Positions 8,808 to 19,100 of a DNA stretch of 57,910 nucleotides are shown in pieces. Location: assembly GCA_947571975.1 (NCBI GenBank), contig CANPAC010000001.1, forward strand, positions 1 through 57,910. Reading direction: 5' to 3'. The DNA is from an uncultured Clostridium sp. (GTDB lineage Bacteria; Bacillota; Clostridia; TANB77; CAG-508). Made by a program: the position numbers and the translations under genes. Under the pieces are notes generated by a model. The model did no database searches and had not been told where the DNA came from. It worked only from the letters and a program-made list of their open reading frames with translations. Numbering within the stretch: the first letter of the stretch is position 1; each line of letters begins with the position of its first letter.

Positions 8808-11800
8808 TTATTTTACTAATGTCAATTCTTCAACTCCATCTGTTGTATTTTTATTAATTATATAACCATTTGGTCTTACATTAATAATTCCCTCTACAGC
8901 AATATCTGCCTTAATTAAACCATCATAGAATTTTAATGTTCCTCTATTTATAATACCATGTGTATTTCCCACTATCTCTGGACATGTTGTACTCACCGAT
9001 TTGTCATCTTGCCCTATAGTTAAAGTTCCTGTATTTTGAATAGCGGCTTTATATATATTTGATATTTTTCCTGTCTGATTACTATTTGTATCAATAATTT
9101 TTAAGTCTCCTGCATTTTCAATTATATTTTCTACTGTTGCTGATATAATATTTTTTCCATTTAAGTCTATTGTTATGTTTCGGCCTTCTTCTATTATAAA
9201 TGTTTCATTTGTATTAATACTGTTAACTAAAGTTATGGTTGTTTCTTCTGTTGCATAGGCATTTATAGCTGATTGTAAGTTTGTGTATTCCACCTCTCCA
9301 ATTTTTGCAACTGTACTTACTGTTCCTGATAAAGCTAAAGTGTCACAGTAATATCCATCTACACTTTCTGTTTTTGTTGTATAACCTGTTTCTAAGTATA
9401 GATAAAGTCCTAGTAATCCTCCTTTTTTTCCTTTGATTATTCCATCATAGAATTTTATACTTCCTTTTCCACTGTCATTTATTGCATATTCTTCTGCTTG
9501 TATTACTGGGGTTTCTTTTGTTACATTTCCATCTGGTGTTCCTATTACTATTGTTCCTTGTGGTGATATATTTTTTATAGCTGTTTCATTGTTTGTTACT
9601 ATATTTCCGCTTATAATAGATGTTGTTCCTGTTCCTCCATTTTGAATCTCATGTATATTTTCTTTTACATTTCCTCCTGTTATATTTGTACTTCCATTGC
9701 TAGTATATACACCATATTCATTAGCTGTAATAGTTCCTCCTTCTATGTTTGTAATTCCTCCATTTGTAAATGTTCCATATGTATTTCTTTCTATATTTGC
9801 TCCTTCTTTTACATTTACAATTCCTCCTACAGCATAAATTCCATATGTGTTTTGTTGTATATTTCCACCTTCTATATTTGCTGTTCCGTTTTCTTTATTG
9901 TATATACCATAGCTATTACCTGAAATTTTTCCTCCTACTAATTGCAAGTTTCCACTATTGTAGATTGGCGAAGCTTTATACCCTGTTAATGTACCATTTT
10001 TTTCTGTACTCAAATCTGTTATGCTTAAGTCCCCTGTATTTTCAATTATTGAGTACATTTTTAGGGTATTTCCATTTAAGTCTAATGTTATATTTTGACT
10101 TTCTGCTATATTTAGTGTTCCTGCTCCGTGCTGTTAGCTGAATTCCTCTTAGTAATTCTATTGTTGATTGGTTGTTTCCTGCCGCTAAAATAGCTTCTTG
10201 CAAGCTTGGATATGTTACTTCTCCTATTTTTGCTACTTGTATTTTGTCTAAATCTTCATTTGTTGTTAGGGTTATAACTTTGCCACCATCTTCCTCTAAT
10301 ATGCTTGTACCTTCTTCTATTTCTGTTATACTAGAATTTTCTTCTATGGCTAATTTACTACCTTCTATTCTTCCATCATAAAAATGCAATTCTCCTAATT
10401 GATTCTTTATTGCAATGTTATTCCCTTCTACTTTAATCTCTAGTAAACTTGCATTTACAATTCCATCTCCTTTTATACCTAAACTTATCATTCCTGTACT
10501 ATTATTACGAATTGCAGTTGAAATTCCTATATTAGTAGCCTTAACTTCTCCTCCTTTTACATTGATAGTACCATCATTAACATTATATATTGCCATTGCA
10601 CCAGCACTTCCATCATTTTCTAAATTAACTATTCCACCATTTACATTAACCGTTCCTGTCCCAACATTATGTATTACATGAGCCTCATAGCTATTAGTAT
10701 AACTCATACTTACAGTTCCACCATCTATATTAGCTGTTCCGTTTTCATTATATAGCACATAATTTTCGTTTCTGTCTGTCATAATAGTCCCACTACTAAT
10801 AGAAAAATCACCTTTATTATGAATTACATTATAATAATTTTTATTATCCCCTGTAATAGAACTGCTAATTTCTCCTGTTTGTGCTTCTGATAAATCTACT
10901 ACTTCTAATTTCCCATAATTAGTAATTACTGAATCATTTCTACTAGTTAGTGTATAAGAATCCAAATTTAATCTAACATTTTGTCCATAATGTATTTCTA
11001 ATCCATTTTCTAATGCAATATCTTTTAACATATGTACTGTTGTTTGAACATTATTGTTTTCTCTTGCTCCACATGTATTTACAGCTTCTTGTAAGCTTGT
11101 ATAATAAAACCAATCTATTCGTGCTACATAGTCTGTTACAATTCTTAAATTTACAGTTGTCATTCCATTTTCATAATTGTGTGTTATTTTTTGCATCTTC
11201 TGCTATTTCACCTATTCCTATTTGTCGATTTTTAGTAAGACCTTCTCCATAATTTATCGTTACTGTAATTGGGTCTTTTGTATATTCATTTGTGCTTTTT
11301 GTTAGTGTAATGTCACTTTCTTCTACTTTGAATACTTTTGATTTTTCTGTATTGGTCTTCCCTTTATTATCTCTTGTGCTAACCCATAAATAGTAATCTC
11401 CCTTTTGGCAATTAGCTTTTGTTGCAATTACTGTTTCTTCTCCTATTTCTTGCCATGTTGTAGGCCCGAGTAGTATTACTGTTACTCCATCCGTATTTTG
11501 CTGATTGTACTTTAACTCCTTCCCCTGCTGTTAAATTTATTCTAGTTTGTATCTCCACTTTTCCACCTTTAGCAATATAATAGGTTCCTCCATTTTCTTT
11601 AAAATTAACTTCTATTGATATTACTTTACTTTTCACTTCATTGTAGGTATTCTCTAGTGTTTCAGCTGATACTTCATACTCTTTTTTTATTTTATCTATT
11701 TGTTTTATTTGTTCTTGATCTTTATTCGTAATTGCTGTATATGCTAATAGCATTACCATTATAAAAAAAAGCATGGCTACTAAAACAAATAGTGTTATGC

Positions 11801-11843
11801 TTCCTTTATCTTCTTTTATTTTCCTAAAAACCGTATGTTCCAT
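8808..11843 (-). pseudogene. large (about 1000 aa) membrane-anchored beta-helix repeat surface protein, interrupted by three +1 frame changes (two at CGG)
   Basis: The likely start is MEHTVFRKIKEDKGSITLFVLVAMLFF at 11843 (GAGGGA RBS), a TadE/G-like N-terminal anchor. It is followed by an Ig-like segment and many GG.I....YG(I/V)Y / NGT(A)NI.GG repeats. Frames join at CGG 11466-11468 and CGG 10126-10128. A third shift lies near the A6 run at 11187-11192. Confidence 0.7.
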
Positions 11844-12047
11844 ATCAATCCCTCGCTTTTTTCCTTCTTCTTTATTATATATGCTTAAAGTGATGTTTTC
11901 AATTGATATGTTTTCCAAGGTTTCCTTGTTTTTCTTCTAAGCTTTACGGGTAGTATCTTTTAGTTGTTTTTTTCATTTTTATTATTTTTGTGTGACATTA
12001 ATGTTACATAATACCAATTTGACATAATTCACACATAAAAAAGAACT

Positions 12048-12086
12048 GTCCCAAATTTCACAAAAATGTGAAAAAAGAAACATCCC
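12048..12086 (-). repeat. 39-bp repeat, copy A (GTCCCAAATTTCACAAAAATGTGAAAAAAGAAACATCCC)
   Basis: Near-identical to 13312-13350 and, inverted, to 54930-54968. Contains the palindrome TTTCACA-N4-TGTGAAA. Lies 27 bp 3' of the rpn-like gene. Confidence 0.85.
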
Positions 12087-12112
12087 TGTATCACATTTTT
12101 GTTTTTCATTTT

Positions 12113-12922
12113 TTATAATATTTTCTTTATCTCTTCTATTGTTAAACCTGTAAAATCCGAAATCTGTTCAATTGGCATATTGGCATTTAACATCTTTTTT
12201 GCTATTTCTCTCCTTTCCTCGTCTCTTGCACCTTGTACCATACTTTTTTCATCTCTTATTGCTTTATCTCTTAAAAATGCTATCCTTCTTTCTGCTTCGT
12301 CTCCTGTTAAGTATTCATATTCATCATTAGCTTTTTTTATTTCTTTATTTTTTTCCATGGCTAACTCTACCCCCTTTAGATTTGCCTGGCTTATAAATTG
12401 CAACCACTGCTCCAATTTAGTTTCTACTCCTCTTCTTTCTTTTACAAACTTTGGTATTTGTATAAAATGAAGTTCTATTTTATCTGTCAATATTTTGTTT
12501 TTATATTCTCTTTTTAATCTTGCTATTTCATGATATGGTCCTTCTTCAAATTGTTTATAATCTAAAATATTTATTGCTATTGTCTTTTTTACTTTTCTAT
12601 AATTCTCTCCTGACTTTAAATTATTATAATAATTTCCTGACCAATAATATAATGTTCTTTCTATAAAATTATTCGGATTTAATACTTGTACTTCTATATT
12701 AACAATTGTATCATCATTTAAAACTGCTAAAATATCTAGTCTCCCTAATTTATTTTCTTCTAATTGTTTTTCTAATGTTGCTTCTGCTTGTACTTCTATT
12801 TTTTCTATTGGTATTTCTAAAATAGCTATTAGAAAGTCTTTTAATATACTTTCGTTTCCTTTCTTAGAAAAAATTTTCTTAAATATATAATCATTTGTAA
12901 CTGGTATTTTTGTTTTTGTCAT
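12113..12922 (-). CDS. Rpn-family recombination-promoting nuclease / PD-(D/E)XK putative transposase (YhgA-like)
   Basis: 269 aa. The N-terminus PVTNDYIFKKIFSKKGNESILKDFLIAIL ... GRLDILAVLNDDTIVNIEVQV is the hallmark of the Rpn/YhgA family. Confidence 0.85.
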   Translation of the reverse strand: MTKTKIPVTNDYIFKKIFSKKGNESILKDFLIAILEIPIEKIEVQAEATLEKQLEENKLGRLDILAVLNDDTIVNIEVQVLNPNNFIERTLYYWSGNYYNNLKSGENYRKVKKTIAINILDYKQFEEGPYHEIARLKREYKNKILTDKIELHFIQIPKFVKERRGVETKLEQWLQFISQANLKGVELAMEKNKEIKKANDEYEYLTGDEAERRIAFLRDKAIRDEKSMVQGARDEERREIAKKMLNANMPIEQISDFTGLTIEEIKKIL

Positions 12923-13311
12923 ATTTCTTCTTCCTTCCTAATTTTACAATAAAATTTGTTCTTTTTCAAGAACTTCTTTGTAAAATTTTATAATTATTTA
13001 ATTTTTGATAAATATTGAATAAAATTTTAAAATAAATAATTTGAATTTTAAATTTTTTAGAATAATAAAATGTTTTAATCATTAATGATAAAAAGGCCAA
13101 TTTACTTTTATTTGAAATATAGAGATTTTACATATAAGATATTTGAATATTAAAATTTGATAACATAAAAAAATAAGGATAAAATTTATTTAGAAATGTA
13201 AAAAGAAATTTAGTATATTTATTAAACCATAAAATATACTAAATTTCAAGTATTTTTCATCGCAATTTCTGAGCTTTTTCGACAATTATAAATAATTTAT
13301 CCTTAAGATAT

Positions 13312-13350
13312 GTCCCAAATTTCACAAAAATGTGAAAAAGGAAACGTCCC
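13312..13350 (-). repeat. 39-bp repeat, copy B
   Basis: GTCCCAAATTTCACAAAAATGTGAAAAAGGAAACGTCCC, 19 bp 3' of the rsmI stop. Direct repeat of copy A. Confidence 0.85.
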
Positions 13351-13368
13351 CATATCATCGTCTCCATA

Positions 13369-14196
13369 TCATACAAACTTTTGATAAATCTCATTTTTGC
13401 TAACGCCTCTATCTTTAGCTATTTGTTTTATAATTTCTTTTTTCTCCATTCCTTTATTTTCATATAATTTATAATGTTCTTCTAAACTTAAATTTTCAAT
13501 ATTTTTTCTAAATTCTTCATTAATATCTAATTCATTATTTCCCTCTATTATTAAAACCATTTCTCCTTTTAGATTTTCTAATTTTTTTATAATTTCATCT
13601 ATAGTTCCTCTTATAAATTCTTCATGTATTTTCGTTAACTCTCTTGCTAAAACAACTTGTCTATTATTTAAGATTAATGCTAATTCTTTTAATGTTGATT
13701 CTAATTTGTGAGGTGCCTCATATAATATTATTGTTTTTCTGCTTTTTTCGATTTCTTCTATTTTTTCTTTTCTTAGCTTTTTGTTAAGTGGCAAAAACCC
13801 TAAAAAATTAAATTCCTTTGTACTAATTCCAGAAGCGATTAATGCGTTTACCATAGCACATGCACCAGGTATAGGTATTATTTCAATGTTTTCTTCAATA
13901 CATTTTTTTATAATTACTTCACCTGGGTCGCAAATTCCTGGCGTTCCTGCGTCAGATACTAATGCTATATTTTGACCTTCTTTTAACTTTTTTAATAAAG
14001 TATCTGTTTTTATTTCTTCATTGTGTCTATGATAACTAATTAATGGTTTTGTTATCTCTAAATGATTTAATAGTTTTAGAGTATGTCTTGTGTCTTCTGC
14101 TGCAATTAAATCCGCTTCTTGTAATACTTTAATTGCTCTTAGTGTAATGTCTTCTAAGTTTCCTATTGGTGTTGCTACAATATATAATTTTCCCAT
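13369..14196 (-). CDS. rsmI: 16S rRNA (cytidine1402-2'-O)-methyltransferase RsmI
   Basis: 275 aa beginning MGKLYIVATPIGNLEDITLRAIKVLQEADLIAAEDTRHT, the canonical RsmI/YabC start. Tetrapyrrole-methylase fold pattern. Confidence 0.9.
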   Translation of the reverse strand: MGKLYIVATPIGNLEDITLRAIKVLQEADLIAAEDTRHTLKLLNHLEITKPLISYHRHNEEIKTDTLLKKLKEGQNIALVSDAGTPGICDPGEVIIKKCIEENIEIIPIPGACAMVNALIASGISTKEFNFLGFLPLNKKLRKEKIEEIEKSRKTIILYEAPHKLESTLKELALILNNRQVVLARELTKIHEEFIRGTIDEIIKKLENLKGEMVLIIEGNNELDINEEFRKNIENLSLEEHYKLYENKGMEKKEIIKQIAKDRGVSKNEIYQKFV

Positions 14197-14285
14197 TTTT
14201 AATCACATTCCTTTCTCAAGGTACAAACCTGGTTGGAAAAGAATTAAATTTTTCAACCTTTTTTCTCTTTCATTTTCACTTAATG

Positions 14286-15032
14286 TTATCCACAATCATT
14301 ATATATTTTGTGGATTTCTTCTGTGTATTCTCCATTTTCTTGGTATATATATAAATTTTTTTCTACTTTCAAAAATGGTTTAGCATTTTTAATTCCTTTT
14401 ATTAAAATAAGTATTGGCTTACTTTCTTTATTTGTATGTACAAAACGTAAAATTTTAGGTTCTATTTTATAGTTTCTCATAAGACTTATAATATCTACTA
14501 ATCTATCTGGCCTGTGTACCATATAAAACTCACCTTTATCTTTTAACAAGTCTTTTGAAATTTTAATAAAATCCTCTAGGGTTGCGGTTGTTTCATGTCT
14601 AGCTATTATTTTACTTTCCGCTTCATTAATAATTCCTGTATCTTTTTTCTTATAAGGCGGATTTGTTACAATAGCATCAAAAGTATTTTTTTCAAATTCT
14701 TTATTTAAATTTATAATATCTTCATTTATTATTTTAAATTGATTTTCTAATTTATTTAATTTTATACTTCTTGTTGCTGTTTCATATACTTCTTCTTGTT
14801 TTTCTACTCCTATTATTTCTTTTAATTTAGTCTTTTTGCATAATAATGTTGCTATAATTCCTGTCCCTGTTCCTAAGTCTAATACTTTTGTGCCTTCTTT
14901 AATTTGTTTTGCAAAATCTGATAATAAAATGCTATCTATACCAAAACAAAATCCTTTTTTGTTTTGTATGATTTTTAAACCTTTATATTGTAAGTCTTCT
15001 ATTTTTTCATTTTCTTTCAAATTTATTTCCAT
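14286..15032 (-). CDS. SAM-dependent tRNA (adenine-N6)-methyltransferase (YabB/TrmN6-like)
   Basis: 248 aa with the LDLGTGTGII SAM motif and the NPPY catalytic motif. Conserved position next to rsmI, as in the Bacillus yabB-yabC arrangement. Confidence 0.75.
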   Translation of the reverse strand: MEINLKENEKIEDLQYKGLKIIQNKKGFCFGIDSILLSDFAKQIKEGTKVLDLGTGTGIIATLLCKKTKLKEIIGVEKQEEVYETATRSIKLNKLENQFKIINEDIINLNKEFEKNTFDAIVTNPPYKKKDTGIINEAESKIIARHETTATLEDFIKISKDLLKDKGEFYMVHRPDRLVDIISLMRNYKIEPKILRFVHTNKESKPILILIKGIKNAKPFLKVEKNLYIYQENGEYTEEIHKIYNDCG

Positions 15033-15144
15033 TTTTAATTCCCTTTATCAATTTTTTAGTAGTAACTTATTTTTTATCTTTTCATATTATACAATAAATA
15101 GCGATATTTTGCAAAATTTGATTTAATTTAGGAGATTTTTAAAT

Positions 15145-15333
15145 ATGAATTTTTTAAGTGATAATAATGGGCAACAAAATAGAGGAGAAAAAAATTCTCC
15201 CCATAAAAAATCTTTTGATTTTAATTTATATAAAAAAAATACTGTTAATTCTTTACATGATGTTGAAAACTTTTTAAATAATTTTCATCATTATTCTAGA
15301 TATTTTAAAATATTTAAAATTATGAAAAAATAA
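15145..15333 (+). CDS. small hypothetical protein (62 aa)
   Basis: ORF with an AGGAG upstream, sitting in an otherwise empty gap between minus-strand genes. Basic, low complexity. No family recognised. Confidence 0.3.
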   Translation: MNFLSDNNGQQNRGEKNSPHKKSFDFNLYKKNTVNSLHDVENFLNNFHHYSRYFKIFKIMKK

Positions 15334-15356
15334 GTTTAAATATTAATCATTTTTAT

Positions 15357-15908
15357 TTAAGCGTCATTTTTTCTTGTATATGTCTCTTTAAATTCCTCAT
15401 TTTCATTTCCATCAATTAGAATTTTCACTTTGTTAATTTCCGTTAATTCAGTCAATGTATTTACGATGCAATCAATTAAATTACTTTTTTCTTTTTCATT
15501 TTCTTTTGAATAATTTAGAAATTCAGTTGATAAATCTAATACTGCACAATCTCCTTCTAAATAAGTTTTATTGATTTTTGTCCCTTCTGGAATTATTTTT
15601 TTATTTTTTTCGTTTTTAGGTCCTTCAATTAATAAGTTCATTAATTGTTCATGTGCATTGTTAATAATTTCTTTAATATCAATTAATCTAGCCTCTGGAT
15701 TTATTTCATTTGTTTCTTTGTTAGGAAAATATAAACTAACAATTGTCTGTCTTACTTGCTCTTCTGTTATTTCTTCTTGTGGTGTATATTCTTCTACTGT
15801 TGTCTCTTGTTCCTCTTTATTCTTAAAATATTGTATTCCAAAATATCCTGCTATTAGAATAATAACTAATAAAATAGAAAAAATAATTCCAATCTTTTTG
15901 TTTTTCAT
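15357..15908 (-). CDS. GerMN domain-containing lipoprotein-like protein (sporulation/germination)
   Basis: 183 aa with an N-terminal TM/signal. SLYFPNKE...LIEGP...IPEGTKI...L.G..AVLDLS pattern typical of GerM N-terminal domains. Confidence 0.65.
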   Translation of the reverse strand: MKNKKIGIIFSILLVIILIAGYFGIQYFKNKEEQETTVEEYTPQEEITEEQVRQTIVSLYFPNKETNEINPEARLIDIKEIINNAHEQLMNLLIEGPKNEKNKKIIPEGTKINKTYLEGDCAVLDLSTEFLNYSKENEKEKSNLIDCIVNTLTELTEINKVKILIDGNENEEFKETYTRKNDA

Positions 15909-16179
15909 TGGCTTCCTCCTCGTTTCTTTTTATTTATTATCTATCTTATTAGTTGTTTGTCCTTTTTAGAACTTTTTATTTCATTTTATTAATAATGGAT
16001 TTTAATTGAACACCTATCTCTTTTTTTATAACAAAAAGGACATCTCATTATTTTAACATATTTAACATAATATTGCAAATTTGCAAAAAGAAAAAAATTG
16101 ACTCCTTAAACTCCCTTTATTTTCCATTTGACAAAACGCTGTTTTCCGTATAAAATAGGGATGGAAAGGAAGTTTTATC

Positions 16180-19100
16180 ATGAAGAATTTTAATGATGGA
16201 AATGATATAAACAATATCTTACACGTTGGGCTAGATGTAGGGTCTACAACAGTTAAGATTATTGTTATGGATAAAAATAAAAATACTATATATAAAGATT
16301 ATCAAAGACATTTTTCAGACACGAAAAATACAGTTTGCAAAGTACTAGAAGATTTACTAGTAAAATATCCTTCTAACTACTTTACTCTAGCTCTTACAGG
16401 TTCTGGTGCTATGTCAGCTGCTAAATTTTTAGGAGTGAATTTTATTCAAGAAGTTGTTTCATGTAAACGTTCTGTTGAAAAATACATTCCTAAAACTGAC
16501 GTTGTAATTGAACTTGGTGGAGAAGATGCTAAAATTATTTATTTTGATCAATCAATTGAACAACGTATGAACGGTACTTGTGCAGGTGGTACAGGAGCAT
16601 TTTTAGATCAAATGGCTTCACTTTTACATACTGATACAGCACGGCTTAAATGAATTAGCTAAAAATTATTCTACAATTTACCCAATTGCTTCTCGTTGTG
16701 GGGTTTTTGCAAAAACTGATATTCAGCCTTTAATAAATGAAGGTGCTGCTAAAGAAGATATTGCTGCTTCTATTTTTCAAGCCGTTGTTAACCAAACAAT
16801 CAGTGGACTTGCTTGTGGTAGACCAATTCGCGGTAATGTTGCTTTCTTAGGAGGTCCTTTAAACTATTTGTCAGAACTAAGAACTCGTTTTATTGAAACC
16901 CTTCACTTAAAAGATGATGAAATTATTGTGCCAGAAGAAGCCCACTTGTTAGTTGCAAAAGGTGCTGCTTTAGATTCAATCAACTCTAGTTCAATCACAC
17001 CTGATGAATTACATCATAAAATTGAAAATTTAAAAAATTCGCAAGATAATACCACTCATCCTTTAGACCCATTATTTAAAGATAAAGAAGATTATGAAAT
17101 TTTTAAAGAAAGACATAACAAAGCAACAGTAGCAAAAAATACATTAGAAGGTTATGAAGGTGATTGTTATCTTGGAATTGATGCTGGTTCTACTACAACA
17201 AAACTAGTATTAATTGATAAAGATGGAAATTTACTATACTCACTTTATGGTGGAAACGAAGGAAATCCACTAAAAAGTGTTATGAATATGTTAAAAGAAC
17301 TATATAAAGCTCTACCAGAAAAAGCTATTTTAAGGTATAGTGGTGTTACTGGTTATGGAGAAAAACTTATTCAGACTGCTTTAAATGTTGATTTAAACGA
17401 AATTGAAACAATTGCTCACTATACAGCTGCTAAAACTTTTGAACCAGATGTTACCGCTATTGTTGATATTGGTGGACAAGATATGAAATATATTCGTATG
17501 AAAGATGGTTCAATCGATAATATAATGTTAAACGAAGCTTGTTCTTCTGGTTGTGGTTCTTTTATTGAGACTTTTGCAAAAAGCTTAAATTTAGAAATTT
17601 CTGAATTTGTAAAAGAAGCAATTCAAGCTAAAAGACCTGTAGATTTAGGTTCTCGTTGTACAGTATTTATGAACTCTAAAATAAAACAAGCTCAAAAAGA
17701 AGGATATTCAGTTGGTGATATTTCTAGTGGTTTATCTTATTCAGTTATTAAAAATGCTATCCAAAAAGTTATGAAAGTACGCGATGTAGAAACCTTAGGA
17801 AAACACATTGTTGTACAAGGTGGAACTTTTTATAATGATGCCGTTTTACGTGCTTTTGAATTAATTGTTGGTAAAAACGTAGTTAGACCTGATATTTCTG
17901 GATTAATGGGTGCTTTTGGTATGGCTCTTTTATCAAAAGAACAATATGAAGCAAACCTTGATATGAATTATAAATCAACAATTTTAAAAACAGATGAATT
18001 AGATAAATTAGAAATTAAAGTAACACATACACGTTGCAACAACTGCGAAAACCATTGTAAATTAACAATTAATAAATTTAGTAATGGACAGATTCATGTG
18101 TCTGGTAATCGTTGTGAAAAAGGTGCTGGAATTGTTACAAAATCTAAAGAATTGCCAAATTTAATACAATACAAACAACAAAGGCTTTTTGATTATCAAC
18201 CTTTAGAAGAATCTAAAGCTCCTCGCCGGAGTTATTGGAATTCCTAGAGTTTTAAATATGTATGAAGATTATCCATTCTGGTTTACTTTCCTAACTTCTT
18301 TAGGTTTTCGTGTTATTCTTTCTGAAAAAAGTACACGTAAAACTTATGAAAAAGGAATGGAATCTATGCCATCTGAATCAGTTTGCTATCCAGCAAAACT
18401 TTCACATGGCCATATTGAAAGCCTATTAGAGCAAGGAATTAAAACAATTTTTTATCCTTGTATTCCATATTCTAGAAAAGAATATGAAAAAGCAGATAAT
18501 CATTACAACTGTCCAATTGTTATTTCTTATTCTGAGGTATTAAAAAATAATGTTGAAGGACTAAAAAAAGATGATATTAAATTTTTAAATCCATTTTTAC
18601 CTTTTGATAAGAAAAATCTTGTTAAAAAAATTATGGAATTAGATGAATTTAAATGTTATAATTTTACAAAGACGGAATTAACTCAAGCTGCCGAAAAAGC
18701 TGAAGAAGAATATCAAAATTGTAAAAAAGATATTAGAAATAAAGGAACTGAAACTGTAAAATACTTAGAAGAAAACAATTTAAAAGGAATTGTTTTAGCT
18801 GGTCGTCCTTATCATGTTGACCCAGAAATAAATCATGGTATTGATACACTAATTACTTCATTAGGTCTTAGTGTTCTAACCGAAGACAGTGTATCTGACA
18901 AAACAGAAGCCAAAAGGCCAATTCGTGTAGTTGACCAATGGGTGTATCATGCAAGATTATATGCTGCTGCTGATTTTGTAGGAAAACATGATTGCTTAGA
19001 ATTAGTACAATTAAATTCTTTTGGTTGTGGTGTAGATGCGGTAACAACTGACCAAGTAGAAGAAATTTTAACAAGTTTTAATAAAATGTATACTTTAATT

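Noticed and set aside
9642-10141. Plus-strand ORFs 9642-9923 and 9770-10141 (and similar ones at 10172-10381, 10415-10681, 11013-11252)
   Set aside because: They are low-complexity antisense shadows of the minus-strand beta-helix gene. They have no RBS, and their repetitive F/L/S/C/I composition mirrors the sense repeats.
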